IMG/VR virus record: IMGVR_UViG_3300048086_000017
Location: 341-64,340 of that record
DNA: 64,000 bases
Strand: one strand, 5' to 3'
DNA from: a virus
Taxonomy: Duplodnaviria > Caudoviricetes
In this document: piece by piece, positions 33,757 to 43,968 of the stretch
Layout: each line of letters starts with the position of its first letter
Numbering within the stretch: the stretch's first letter is position 1
Notes under the pieces: generated by a model
Told to the model about the DNA's origin: nothing
Database searches by the model: none
What the model saw: only the letters and a program-made list of their open reading frames with translations
Position numbers and translations under genes: made by a program

Positions 33757-34758
33757 ATGGCAGAAGTTGCCACAATTAACCAAAAGGTACAAGTCGGCGT
33801 TGAAACTACATCTGGTACTTCTGTCGCCGCAAGCAAGCAAGTTAACTGTTTTACGTGGGCTATGGGCGTTGAGGCTGATACGAAGTTTTACATGGGTACA
33901 GGTCGTAAATATGCCAGTACCGCCGTTGAAAACAAGGAATGGGCATCGGGCACGTTAGACGGACCTTTAGACTTTAACGCGCTTATCTATCCCTTGAATG
34001 GAGCCATGGGCGGCATCTCTGCCGCAACGCATGGCACCTCCGCCACCGCGAAGGATTGGATATTCACGCCCCCCTTGACCGGGAATGCAGCACCCAAAAC
34101 GTTCACCATCGAACAGGGCGATGCAGTACGCGCACACAAGTTCAGTTACGGGTTATTTACCTCATTCAACTACAAGGGCACGCGAGATGAATTCACGTGC
34201 AATGCTGACCTCATCGGGCAATTGGTGACGGACGGCATTACCATGACGGCCAGCCCGACGGCGGTGGCGCTCTCTCCCATGGCTAGTAAGCTCTTTAGCG
34301 TCTGGATCGATCCGACCAGCGGCGCACTGGGCACGACGCAGTTTACCCGTATCATCAGCGTCGACTACAGCTTTGCCAACATCTACACGCCCGCGTGGTT
34401 CATCAACCGCTCAGTCACCTCATGGGCAACGCATATTGATACCGCGCCAACCTGCACACTCAAGATCATGATGGAGGCCGACGCGGCAGGTATGGGACTA
34501 CTCACCAGTCTACAGGCGGGTACCACGCAGTACGTGCGTATCCAGGCGGTAGGCGCTCAGATTGCGGCAGATGGCCCAGGCTCAGTGCTTGCTACCTTCA
34601 CACACGATATGGCGGTGAAGTTCCAGAAGCCGACCCGATGGCAGGATCAGAACGGCATTTTCGCCATTGAGTGGGATGCGCAGATCGTAGAAGACACGGC
34701 ATGGGGCAGTGGAACGGCTCAGACGTTCACATTAACAAACCTGCTCACAGCATTGTAG
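33757..34758 (+). CDS. Major tail (tube) protein
   Basis: Synteny; QVGVETTSGT, FTIEQG; no sheath gene, so siphovirus. Confidence 0.85.
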   Translation: MAEVATINQKVQVGVETTSGTSVAASKQVNCFTWAMGVEADTKFYMGTGRKYASTAVENKEWASGTLDGPLDFNALIYPLNGAMGGISAATHGTSATAKDWIFTPPLTGNAAPKTFTIEQGDAVRAHKFSYGLFTSFNYKGTRDEFTCNADLIGQLVTDGITMTASPTAVALSPMASKLFSVWIDPTSGALGTTQFTRIISVDYSFANIYTPAWFINRSVTSWATHIDTAPTCTLKIMMEADAAGMGLLTSLQAGTTQYVRIQAVGAQIAADGPGSVLATFTHDMAVKFQKPTRWQDQNGIFAIEWDAQIVEDTAWGSGTAQTFTLTNLLTAL

Positions 34759-34768
34759 AAGGGGCTTT

Positions 34769-35131
34769 ATGCCAGTAAGTTTAGCAAAGATCGCGGCCAA
34801 TGTCGCATCGGTCTCTTTCTCCTATGAGGGCGACTCTATCACCATCGCGTACTATCCAGGGCGCATCACGGCCAAGGTGCTGATTGACTTGCAAGCGTCA
34901 CGTACACGGGCGCAAGAGGATATACAGGATGGTATGACCCTGCTCACGGTGACACTGTGCAGCATTATGAAAAGTTGGGATGTGTATGAAGACGTAGAAC
35001 AGACGGTCATGCTACCACTTGAACCGGAACGCATGGAAGAGTTGCCTTTGCCATTTATCAATGCCGTGGGCGGGGCCATCATGGGGGATATGACGGGGGA
35101 AGTGACAGCGCCTCAGACAGCGACGAGTTAA
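34769..35131 (+). CDS. Tail assembly chaperone (G-like)
   Basis: Between tube and tape measure; IMKSWDV. Confidence 0.8.
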   Translation: MPVSLAKIAANVASVSFSYEGDSITIAYYPGRITAKVLIDLQASRTRAQEDIQDGMTLLTVTLCSIMKSWDVYEDVEQTVMLPLEPERMEELPLPFINAVGGAIMGDMTGEVTAPQTATS

Positions 35132-35328
35132 CGCAACTGAGGCGCTACATAGCAACAGATGGCAAAGTGGGGAGTATGCCAGAAACGTACCATCTCATTG
35201 CAGCGGCGAAATACCTGAATACCACGCCATGGGAGTTATTGGAGAGATCAGTATATTGGAGTGATAAGGCATTGCTTTACATGACAGCAGAGGCGCAAGG
35301 GCAAAAGATCAAAAAGCAGCATCAATAG
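35095..35328 (+). CDS. -1 frameshift extension of tail assembly chaperone (GT-like)
   Basis: G GGG GAA at 35095-35101; -1 frame open to TAG 35326-35328 (..DELTQLRRYIATDG...AAAKYLNTTPWEL..). Confidence 0.7.
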   Translation, partial: GGSDSASDSDELTQLRRYIATDGKVGSMPETYHLIAAAKYLNTTPWELLERSVYWSDKALLYMTAEAQGQKIKKQHQ

Positions 35329-35335
35329 AGGGCAT

Positions 35336-38300
35336 ATGAGCGTAACGGTCTCGCAACTCATAGGGAAGGTCAGTATAGAGGGGGTTGAAACTGCAAAGCG
35401 GCAACTCTCGGATGTGCATAGCCATGTTGAGAAGACCTCATCAGGCTTCAAGGACATGCTCAAAAACGCGTTGTCCTTCGCTGGTGGACAGGCCATATTT
35501 AACGCCGTTGGGAACTCTCTAGGCTTCCTCAAGGATCAGATGGTTGATGTGGTCAAGGCGGGGATGGATCAGGCCGCCTTGAATGCCCAGACCGTCGCCG
35601 CGCTCAAGAGCACACACAATGCCGCCGGGATGACCGCCGACGCCATAGGCAACCTTGCGGATAGCTATTCCCACCTTACCACGTTCTCAGATGACACGAT
35701 CCAAAGTGCTGAGAATATGCTGCTCACCTTTACCAACATCGGCAAGAACGTCTTTCCACAGGCCACGAAGACCGTTCTTGACATGAGTCAAGCATTAGGA
35801 CAGGATACCAAGTCTAGCGCCATTGAGTTGGGTAAAGCGTTGAATGACCCATTAACAGGTATCACGGCTTTGCAACGTGTGGGCGTCACGTTTGATACAA
35901 AGCAAAAAGACCTGATAAAAACCTACATGGCGCATAATCAGGTGGCAAAGGCGCAGGCCATCATTCTTCAAGAGCTACAGAAGGAATTCGGGGGGAGTGC
36001 AGAGGCGGCGGGTACGACGTTCGGTGGGCAGATGAAAATCCTGGGCAATATCATCGATCAAGCAAAGGAAAAGATAGGGACGGCCCTCTTGCCCGTACTG
36101 GCGAAATTCGGTGATTTTATCGCAAAGAATATCGTGCCCGCCCTCATCAAGTTCGCCGACTTCCTCTCATCACCCGCATTCATCAAATTTGCTGGACTGA
36201 TCGGGGATAAGGTCATAGGGTCCTTAAAGCTCTTAGGCCAGTTTCTTACTCCCATCATCACCAGTTTCATGAACATGGGGAAGTTCATCACTCCCCTGAT
36301 TGCTCAATTCTCCAATTGGGCAGAGAAGAACCATATCGTGAGTCTCGCTATGGGGCTGGTCAACACGGTAACAAAGACGCTCAGTGACATATTCGCCCAA
36401 CTCTCTAAGGACTTTGGGCCGCTTATCCAACAGTTTATCGTCTGGGCTGACAAGAACCATGTGGTTGAGGGGGCTATCCAGGCCCTCAAGATCGGCGTGC
36501 AATTCCTGGGTGAAGTGATTAAATTCGCCTCGCCCATCATTGCCAGTATGGTCGCGCAACTGGGCAAATTTGCCACTGAGATATTTACAAGATTGCAACC
36601 CATCCTTACCAATCTAGCAAAGTGGTGGAAGACGAACTGGCCACAATTCAAACTCATCTTTGAAGGAACCTGGACGGCTATCGGGGGCATCCTCAAAATC
36701 GCGTGGTCACTGATATCCGGTATCATCAAGGTCGGGCTTGATTTGCTGAGCGGTAACTGGTCACAAGCCTGGACAGACATGAAAGAGATGTTTACCGGCA
36801 TTTGGGACGGTATCAAGCAATACCTGCAAGGTGCGTTAAAGTTCCTAGTTGGCCTCTTCCATCCTCTTCTTGAGGCAATTGCGGGCATCCCAGGCCCAAT
36901 AGGCGACATGGCAAAGAGCGTGCTCAAGAACTTCGATAACATGAATAAGGGGTCACAGCAGTCCGTATTGGAAATGAAAGCGGCAACCCTCTATCACACG
37001 GCGCAACTAGCCATAGCCGCCACGCAAAACTACGAATACATGCGTCAGCAGTTGATAGCGAAGATGAAGGATACCAAGGATAAGACGGTACAGCACGCGC
37101 TGGACATGAAGATCAAGACCATAGAACACTTAGAGGAGATGCAACGACAAGCAGCCATCAAAGCCTCCAACATGGCGGATAAGGTGACACAGCAAGCCAA
37201 AAACATGAAGGATGATATGGTTGGGAATTCGATCATACCCGATATGGTGGGCGGCGTGCTTGACTGGCTAGGGCGTATGGCCAGCGGGGCATCAGCGCCC
37301 ATCAAGGCATTCTCTAACAATATTATCGATATGCTCAACAATGGCATACGAGGCTTCAATGACTTCACAGGCGGGGTGCGCTCAGCAGTCAACAGCGTAG
37401 CGAAGGCGTTCGGCATGGATAACGTCGTGCCAGCCATCTCCATAGACCTCATCCCCCATTATGCTCGCGGGACACGTGGCCATCGCGGCGGGCCTGCCAT
37501 CGTTGGTGAGGAAGGGCCTGAAATGGTCATCTTGCCTGCTGGCTCCGCCGTCCTCTCTCATCCTCAGACCATGGAAGCGTTACGCCATAGCCAACACAGG
37601 AAAGGCGTTCCCAACTACGCTGCAGGCACCGATAACTCGAACATCCTCATGGAAGTCATAGGCTGGCTATCGGGTGGCGCGTCCAGCATGCTCGATCACA
37701 TCATGGGCGATATGGGTATCAAAATCCCCCACCTGTCAGGCGTCATGGGACAAATCGCCGGGGCCATGGTCAACAAAACCAAAGACTTCGTTTTGCACTG
37801 GATTAACAACCTGTTCTCTAACCCCACAAGCGGCATGTTCGCCATGGTGCCTGGGCTTGGCGGCACGAAGGGCGGCAACTGGCTCAACTATCCACAGAAC
37901 ATCTTTTACGGCAACCCCAACCAGGACGCGAACTTAGGCGGAGCACACGACATCGACCTTCAAGCCCCATTCGATACCCCGATAACGAGCATCTTAGGCG
38001 GTATCGTCTCCGATGTGAGCTATCCATCATGGGGCGCACAGGTGGGTATACAGTTAGCCCAACCGTATAGAGGCGCTCCCTACATGGCCTTCTTGCACCT
38101 AGACGCGGTAAACCCCATGTTGCGCGTTGGCATGCCGATAGCCCCTGGGACGTTGGTTGGCTGGTCTGGAGGCGCGAACAATTGGGGACAGGTGACCGCC
38201 AACAACCCAACCGGAACACACTTTTTGAACACCTCTTACATGTCAAGTGGGCCTCAGATTGGTATTGCGCTCATGTATGGGCCTCGCTACGGGTCGGGCG

Positions 38301-38602
38301 CGGGCTTCCCTGGTATCTCAGGCAACCTTGACCCAATGCCCTTGATTAGAGCGGCTAGAGGCTTTGCTAGAGGGACAAGTTCTGCCCCTGGTGGCTGGTC
38401 ATGGGTTGGAGAGGAAGGACCGGAACTCAGGTATGTGAGGCAAGGGACAAAAATACTCTCGCATGGGCAAAGTATGCAGGCTATGCAGCAACCGATACAA
38501 GTGCATGTCGATGTGCATCTTGACGGCGCACGCACGACAAGGCAACTCATGCCCCATATCACCCAAGCGATACGGCGGGCAACATCGAATAGAAGGATAT
38601 AG
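35336..38602 (+). CDS. Tape measure protein with C-terminal M23-peptidase-like domain
   Basis: 1088 aa; LGKALNDPLTGITALQRVGV, W/F periodic amphipathic repeats; M23-like HDID...FLHL region. Confidence 0.92.
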   Translation: MSVTVSQLIGKVSIEGVETAKRQLSDVHSHVEKTSSGFKDMLKNALSFAGGQAIFNAVGNSLGFLKDQMVDVVKAGMDQAALNAQTVAALKSTHNAAGMTADAIGNLADSYSHLTTFSDDTIQSAENMLLTFTNIGKNVFPQATKTVLDMSQALGQDTKSSAIELGKALNDPLTGITALQRVGVTFDTKQKDLIKTYMAHNQVAKAQAIILQELQKEFGGSAEAAGTTFGGQMKILGNIIDQAKEKIGTALLPVLAKFGDFIAKNIVPALIKFADFLSSPAFIKFAGLIGDKVIGSLKLLGQFLTPIITSFMNMGKFITPLIAQFSNWAEKNHIVSLAMGLVNTVTKTLSDIFAQLSKDFGPLIQQFIVWADKNHVVEGAIQALKIGVQFLGEVIKFASPIIASMVAQLGKFATEIFTRLQPILTNLAKWWKTNWPQFKLIFEGTWTAIGGILKIAWSLISGIIKVGLDLLSGNWSQAWTDMKEMFTGIWDGIKQYLQGALKFLVGLFHPLLEAIAGIPGPIGDMAKSVLKNFDNMNKGSQQSVLEMKAATLYHTAQLAIAATQNYEYMRQQLIAKMKDTKDKTVQHALDMKIKTIEHLEEMQRQAAIKASNMADKVTQQAKNMKDDMVGNSIIPDMVGGVLDWLGRMASGASAPIKAFSNNIIDMLNNGIRGFNDFTGGVRSAVNSVAKAFGMDNVVPAISIDLIPHYARGTRGHRGGPAIVGEEGPEMVILPAGSAVLSHPQTMEALRHSQHRKGVPNYAAGTDNSNILMEVIGWLSGGASSMLDHIMGDMGIKIPHLSGVMGQIAGAMVNKTKDFVLHWINNLFSNPTSGMFAMVPGLGGTKGGNWLNYPQNIFYGNPNQDANLGGAHDIDLQAPFDTPITSILGGIVSDVSYPSWGAQVGIQLAQPYRGAPYMAFLHLDAVNPMLRVGMPIAPGTLVGWSGGANNWGQVTANNPTGTHFLNTSYMSSGPQIGIALMYGPRYGSGAGFPGISGNLDPMPLIRAARGFARGTSSAPGGWSWVGEEGPELRYVRQGTKILSHGQSMQAMQQPIQVHVDVHLDGARTTRQLMPHITQAIRRATSNRRI

Positions 38603-38605
38603 CGA

Positions 38606-40090
38606 ATGAGAACGGTCACTGTCGATGGAAGTGTTGTCAACGTCATGGCGGGTAGTTTGCACGTCTCGCGTGCTGTCGGGCGCACAACCACTGCCGCATG
38701 CAACGTCTGGAGTGATACGAGCGTTCACTTCAGGACACATGCACAAGTCACCATCACCGATGATACCGATGCCACCGTCTTTACCGGCTATATTGAAAAC
38801 CCTGATGAAACTCAGCCTGGATTTTCCCCAACGCTAGAGCACACACTCACCTTTGTTGACCAGTGGTGGCTCGCTCAAAAGCGCAGAGTAGCGGCTAGTT
38901 TCACGAACCAGACGGGCGGGGCCATTGCGCGGTACATGATCACCAATGTGCTCGCGGCGGAAGGGGTGACAATAGGCCAGATTAACGACGGCGCAACGCC
39001 TGGGGCGGGCCTCATCCCGCCGTTTACACCGGGGAATAGCGTCGGTCTGATACCGGAAGCGACGTTTAGCTACTGCACGGTAGCAGAGGCGCTAGACGCC
39101 TGTGTACAATCCATATCCGATAGTGGCGTGCCCTTCTATTGCATGATCGACCAGAGCAAGAAACTCTATTTCGTGCCCTATACCGCTATTGTCAACGCTA
39201 CCCTCATAGATGGGACACAGGTTGAAGACGTGCCAAGTGTGCATAGGGCCAATCCGACGTACAGGACGGCGCAATTTGTATTAGGTGGCACTGAGAAGAC
39301 GGTACAGCAGGATGAGTCGCGCAAGGGGGATAGCAATACCATTGCGTGGCCGATGAAGTTCGCGCTTTCAACGGTGCCGACTATCACCGTCAACGCGGTA
39401 GCGAAAACCGTAGGCATCAACGGGCTAGACACCGGGAAGGATTTCTATTGGAGCAAGGGCGATCCCAACATCACGCAGGATAGCGCGGCCACGAAGCTTA
39501 CCAGTAGCGATACCTTGCGTGTCTTGTACTATGGCCAATACCCCAACGTGACGCGATTGCAGGATAACTCATTGGTGACTGCGCAAGCCGCCATTGATGG
39601 GACAAGCGGCATTATTGAGGATGCCGTAAGTGACAGCACGCTGACTAGTTCATCTTCTGCCCTTGCGCGTGCAACTGCCCTCATGGCGAGATACGGCATA
39701 CAGAACGTTGCGGTTCTCTCCTTTAGCACGCTGCAATCAGGCTTTGCCCCTGGTCAATTAGTGACGGTGAATTTGCCACAACACAACCTCAATAGCGCCC
39801 AAATGCTGATTGAAAGTGTCGATATGAGCGATAGCGGAGATAATTTCAATCTGAGATATCAGGTCAATTGTGTGCTAGGGCCTGCTGATAGCACATGGTC
39901 AAGCTTCTTCTCGAAACTGTTCGCAACGCCGCAACTTGCCAACGCCGTCAATATCGGGCTGACGCAAGCAACCACGATCCTGCAATCCTTTAGTGCGACG
40001 GTTGCCCCTAAAGCCACGCTTGCCGTGCTCTGTATCAATTGCCCGATTGTCGATGTCGCCGTATGCGGGCCTGCTACGATAGTTTGTTGA
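38606..40090 (+). CDS. Minor tail / baseplate hub protein
   Basis: Directly after TMP; beta-rich. Confidence 0.7.
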   Translation: MRTVTVDGSVVNVMAGSLHVSRAVGRTTTAACNVWSDTSVHFRTHAQVTITDDTDATVFTGYIENPDETQPGFSPTLEHTLTFVDQWWLAQKRRVAASFTNQTGGAIARYMITNVLAAEGVTIGQINDGATPGAGLIPPFTPGNSVGLIPEATFSYCTVAEALDACVQSISDSGVPFYCMIDQSKKLYFVPYTAIVNATLIDGTQVEDVPSVHRANPTYRTAQFVLGGTEKTVQQDESRKGDSNTIAWPMKFALSTVPTITVNAVAKTVGINGLDTGKDFYWSKGDPNITQDSAATKLTSSDTLRVLYYGQYPNVTRLQDNSLVTAQAAIDGTSGIIEDAVSDSTLTSSSSALARATALMARYGIQNVAVLSFSTLQSGFAPGQLVTVNLPQHNLNSAQMLIESVDMSDSGDNFNLRYQVNCVLGPADSTWSSFFSKLFATPQLANAVNIGLTQATTILQSFSATVAPKATLAVLCINCPIVDVAVCGPATIVC

Positions 40091-40102
40091 GGGAAATGTC
40101 TT

Positions 40103-41146
40103 ATGAGTTATGCAACCACCGTGCTCGCTGATAACCCGCTGATGTACTTGCGCACTGGAGAGGCCAGCGGCACAGTAGCGGGCGATACCTCTGGCAATGG
40201 GCGAACGGGCACCTATGCCGGGTCAGGCGTCACCTATGGCGTTACAGGGGCCTTAGTGAGCGATACCGATACGGCGGTGACATTCAACGGGACTACCGGC
40301 AAGATTGATATAGCCAACCCAACCACGGCAACGAGCAATGTGACGCTGGAATATTGGGCAAAGCTCCCCTCATCAAGCATCAAAGGCGGGGGAATTAAAC
40401 TTGGTCCTGATGCCAACGGCTATGGCATCGGATTTGGGTCTGGTGCGTGGGATACCAACGGAACAGTTCCAATCTACTTACGCGGTGGCGTTGGATGGAC
40501 GGTCTCACCCGGTGGCGCGGTTTCTACGGGCGTATGGCACCATATTGTGCTGGTCTTAGACGGCTCAGGCCAGCCCAACTTTTACGTTGACGGGGTTGCT
40601 TTGGGCGCGGTAGCAGTAGCAGCACCGTCAGCGCCTACGGCAACCGGGTATGTGGGCAGTGATGCAACGGGGACGCGTTTTCTCAACGCTTCCATGGATG
40701 AAATAGCCGTGTATGGAACTGCGCTCAGTGGGGCGCGTATTGCAGCACATTATAACGCCGGGGCGTTCCCTTCGTTCCTCATGACTACGTTGGGACACAA
40801 CCTTTTGAGGGACGGGCAATCTGGGGCCAATAACGCGCTTATCAAGTATATCGCCTTTGGCACTGGTAGCGCCGCTCCAACCATCGGTGATACGAAATTG
40901 GTTGCTGAGACTTTCCGTAAAGCTATCACCTCTTTCTCGAATGGTGCTAGTACAGGTGAATTGCTCTCGAATATGTACCTATCGCCTGCTGATGCGGTAA
41001 GTTACTCAATAAGTGAAGTAGGTATCTTTGGTGGCAGTAGTGCATCTTCTGCACTCAATAGCGGGGTACTCATAGCACGCGGTTTATTCACGCATACTCA
41101 TGTAGCAACGGAAAGCATTATTTTCACGTATGACAGCATTGTTTAG
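40103..41146 (+). CDS. Tail protein with LamG/concanavalin A-like domain
   Basis: YATTVLADNPLMYLR.GE, TLEYW, WHHIVLV, FYVDG, DEIAVY..ALS..RIAAHY; C-terminal YIAFGTG domain. Confidence 0.85.
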   Translation: MSYATTVLADNPLMYLRTGEASGTVAGDTSGNGRTGTYAGSGVTYGVTGALVSDTDTAVTFNGTTGKIDIANPTTATSNVTLEYWAKLPSSSIKGGGIKLGPDANGYGIGFGSGAWDTNGTVPIYLRGGVGWTVSPGGAVSTGVWHHIVLVLDGSGQPNFYVDGVALGAVAVAAPSAPTATGYVGSDATGTRFLNASMDEIAVYGTALSGARIAAHYNAGAFPSFLMTTLGHNLLRDGQSGANNALIKYIAFGTGSAAPTIGDTKLVAETFRKAITSFSNGASTGELLSNMYLSPADAVSYSISEVGIFGGSSASSALNSGVLIARGLFTHTHVATESIIFTYDSIV

Positions 41147-41158
41147 AAAGGGGCTAGC

Positions 41159-41536
41159 ATGGGGGCTTATACAAGAACCACGTTCACATCAGGGGTCAGT
41201 ACTATCACAGCGGCCTATCTGAATGGCGTCGAGACGTTTATAGACACCATGGATGACGCCAATATCAATGCAGCGGGCGGCGGGCGCTTGAACGTGTTGA
41301 CGCTCGGCTTTACGACAGGCACAATCACCCGCATGAGCCGATTTAGTGGAACGGGGAGTGTGACGGCGGCGGCGCACGGATTAGGGGGCACGCCTGATAT
41401 CATTCTCTTCAACTACGCTGGCAACTTTGGCAGCCCGCCCGACCATCCAATCTACTACTACAACGAAGGCTCAAGTACCGTGCACGTCGTCGCGGATAGT
41501 ACCTACTTCTGGTATGGGCTAGCAATCAAGTTCTAG
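41159..41536 (+). CDS. Minor tail/fiber protein
   Basis: N-terminal AAYLNGVETF shared with next gene. Confidence 0.6.
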   Translation: MGAYTRTTFTSGVSTITAAYLNGVETFIDTMDDANINAAGGGRLNVLTLGFTTGTITRMSRFSGTGSVTAAAHGLGGTPDIILFNYAGNFGSPPDHPIYYYNEGSSTVHVVADSTYFWYGLAIKF

Positions 41537-41543
41537 AGGTTCT

Positions 41544-42203
41544 ATGGCGAAAGTAACATACACATCATACTATTCGGGTTTCATTGACGGTGATGGCACA
41601 AAACCGGTAAATTCGGCTTTTCTTAATCTGCTCGAAACCTTTCTTGTGGCGGGCTGGTTTGATAGTGCCATCACCTCCAATGGGTCGGGGGTGCTCACGG
41701 CGTCGGGGTTGGTGACGGCGGGCACGCTTGCGGTAGTAGGCATCACCAATACAGGATCGACCACAACGGCGGGCATAACCAATTCGACCACCTACAACAA
41801 CTCGCTTGCCGGTACGACGGTCAACGGGGCCACGTCGGGAAGCGTGACGCTGTATCAAGATTTCATCGGCAATGTCAAGCGGGTGATGATCTACGAAACC
41901 AACTATCGCAGCGGCGGCGCGGCGCAGACGATAGCCCTCCCTACGGCCTTTACCAAGGGGGCATACATCAGAACGGGCGGGATCGGGGTAAGTGGATCGG
42001 GTGGGTTACAATTGCTGGCCTCGGCGGCTGCTCAAAACCTCAACATTATCACAACCTGGGCAGCGGGCGGTGGCAGCGTCACGACGCAAACCACTATCTA
42101 CGCCTATTCTAGCGCAGAGATGACCACGGCCTTTGATACCGTCTCATTCCCAATCAACACCACATCTGCACATACAGCATTCATACTCATTGAAGGGCAG
42201 TAA
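41544..42203 (+). CDS. Minor tail/fiber protein
   Basis: N-terminal SAFLNLLETF; Gly/Thr-rich. Confidence 0.6.
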   Translation: MAKVTYTSYYSGFIDGDGTKPVNSAFLNLLETFLVAGWFDSAITSNGSGVLTASGLVTAGTLAVVGITNTGSTTTAGITNSTTYNNSLAGTTVNGATSGSVTLYQDFIGNVKRVMIYETNYRSGGAAQTIALPTAFTKGAYIRTGGIGVSGSGGLQLLASAAAQNLNIITTWAAGGGSVTTQTTIYAYSSAEMTTAFDTVSFPINTTSAHTAFILIEGQ

Positions 42204-42213
42204 GGAGAATAAC

Positions 42214-43281
42214 ATGCCATTGCCTTGCTATTCAGTAACTATGGGATATTGGGGACAAACACTTCCCCAGCAGGCTATTCATGATCTGCTTGATTTATCA
42301 GGTGGTCATCCTGAGAGGATTATGTTGCGCTATCAGGCGGCAATGGGGCGTGTTACCGCCAATTGGGGCATCTACGATACAGCGGTTGCGCAGTGCAATG
42401 CGGCGGGCATCCCCATCTATCTCTGTTGCAAACGTTTTGACGGGGCCAGCGTGACCGGGCACGCCACAACGAGCGAGATAGCAGCGTTCGCCAGTGCCGT
42501 TGCGACGCGCTACAAGGGCAAACTTGCGGGTATAGAGATCGGCAATGAGGATTATGGGTATAGCGACTTTGGGGCGCTTGCTGATGCGATGCTGGCCTGC
42601 TATGACAAGTTGAAGCAGATTGATAGCAAGATGCTTGTGTTGCCGGGTTGTACATTGCAGCGCAATACCACCAATCTCAAGCAAGCCTTGACGGTGTTAT
42701 TGAGTCGGGCGGGCCATGTTGTTGATGGTACAAATGTGCATACCTACTTTGGCATTCCAGGGACGGGAAGCCATACCCCGCAAGATGGCAGCGTTGGCAA
42801 TACGCCGTCATTCCCGCAATACATTCAGGCTGTACAGGAGGTGTGCAAGGCGCAAGGCTTCCCCGGCATGGGGATTTACGATACAGAGTTCGGGTTTGCC
42901 AGTACCGGCGTCAACCATGGGAATGTGCTGGTCTTCAACGAGGCCGATCAAGCAAAGCACATGCTCTATTGCCTGGATACGGCGCGGACCATGGGGGTGA
43001 AGCACATGAGTTGGTTCACGCTCGGATACCATAGCCCGCCTGATGGCATGTCACTACGTCAACCCCATGGCCCGACGCTGGCATACACGGCATTGAAGGA
43101 CTACATAGCCAAGTATCCAACGTGGGGAAGTGCTACGCCACAGCCACCAGACCCTAACCCGCAGCCCGTTATCTCGACCAAGCAGCACATTCTTGACCTG
43201 CTGCGCACCGCAAAGACGCTCTCACCGATAGCCGCCAATCAGTGTATTGATCAAGCTATCGGGCTTCTCAACACGCTCTAA
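42214..43281 (+). CDS. Clan GH-A glycoside hydrolase (GH5/GH39-like)
   Basis: IEIGNED (acid/base), NVHTY, IYDTEFG (nucleophile), WFTL. Confidence 0.85.
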   Translation: MPLPCYSVTMGYWGQTLPQQAIHDLLDLSGGHPERIMLRYQAAMGRVTANWGIYDTAVAQCNAAGIPIYLCCKRFDGASVTGHATTSEIAAFASAVATRYKGKLAGIEIGNEDYGYSDFGALADAMLACYDKLKQIDSKMLVLPGCTLQRNTTNLKQALTVLLSRAGHVVDGTNVHTYFGIPGTGSHTPQDGSVGNTPSFPQYIQAVQEVCKAQGFPGMGIYDTEFGFASTGVNHGNVLVFNEADQAKHMLYCLDTARTMGVKHMSWFTLGYHSPPDGMSLRQPHGPTLAYTALKDYIAKYPTWGSATPQPPDPNPQPVISTKQHILDLLRTAKTLSPIAANQCIDQAIGLLNTL

Positions 43282-43294
43282 AGGAGGTTCTCTC

Positions 43295-43492
43295 ATGCTT
43301 GCTTTTCTCTTCAAGTTAACGACCCTGCCGTCGGTCACGTTTGCATTTATCGCTATTGCGCTGCTCACAACCCACGCATGGGGCTACTATGGCAGGCGTG
43401 CCGAGAACTCTGGGTATTGGCTTCTCGCCCTGCTCGCCTTCATATTCGGGATATGCGCAGTGATTGGCTGGTTTTTCTACATGTTTGGGTAG
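43295..43492 (+). CDS. Small two-TM membrane protein
   Basis: RBS AAGGAGG; hydrophobic. Confidence 0.65.
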   Translation: MLAFLFKLTTLPSVTFAFIAIALLTTHAWGYYGRRAENSGYWLLALLAFIFGICAVIGWFFYMFG

Positions 43493-43576
43493 GGGATATT
43501 CAGAGGCAGAACGCCCGCAACGCAGCAGATATCTATCCGCGAGTTCTTAGAGCGGGTCATAGACGAGAGGAAGACT

Positions 43577-43954
43577 ATGCAGCAACCACCGACACACCAG
43601 CCATCGGATCAGTCTTCTGCGGTCATGTACCGTGTTGAGTTACTTGCACAGAAGTTAGACATACATGAGCAAACACTCAGCGAGATCAAGCAACAATTCA
43701 CGAACTTTGTGCGCGTGCGAGAAAATGAACTCTTGCTGCTTAATCTCCAAAACAAAGTGACGAAAGTTGAGTTGGACATCGTAGACAACAAGCATGAGCT
43801 TGAAGCTATCAAAACCAAAATGCAAATCGAGGATATCGCAGCACAGCGTCGACAGTCTCAGTTACAAATCGACGTGCTCAAATGGGCAGTTGGGTTGGCC
43901 GTGACCATCGGCTTGCTCTTTCTGGCGGCTTATGCCACTCATATCATCCATTGA
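43577..43954 (+). CDS. Coiled-coil protein with C-terminal TM (lysis-associated, XhlA-like architecture)
   Basis: Heptad region then WAVGLAVTIGLLFLAAY. Confidence 0.65.
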   Translation: MQQPPTHQPSDQSSAVMYRVELLAQKLDIHEQTLSEIKQQFTNFVRVRENELLLLNLQNKVTKVELDIVDNKHELEAIKTKMQIEDIAAQRRQSQLQIDVLKWAVGLAVTIGLLFLAAYATHIIH

Positions 43955-43968
43955 AAGGGGGTGCAATC

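Noticed and set aside
40103-42203. Tail-tip genes checked for DGR template/variable repeats or invertible cassettes
   Set aside because: No reverse transcriptase in the window, and no A-specific repeat pair or flanking inverted repeats seen.
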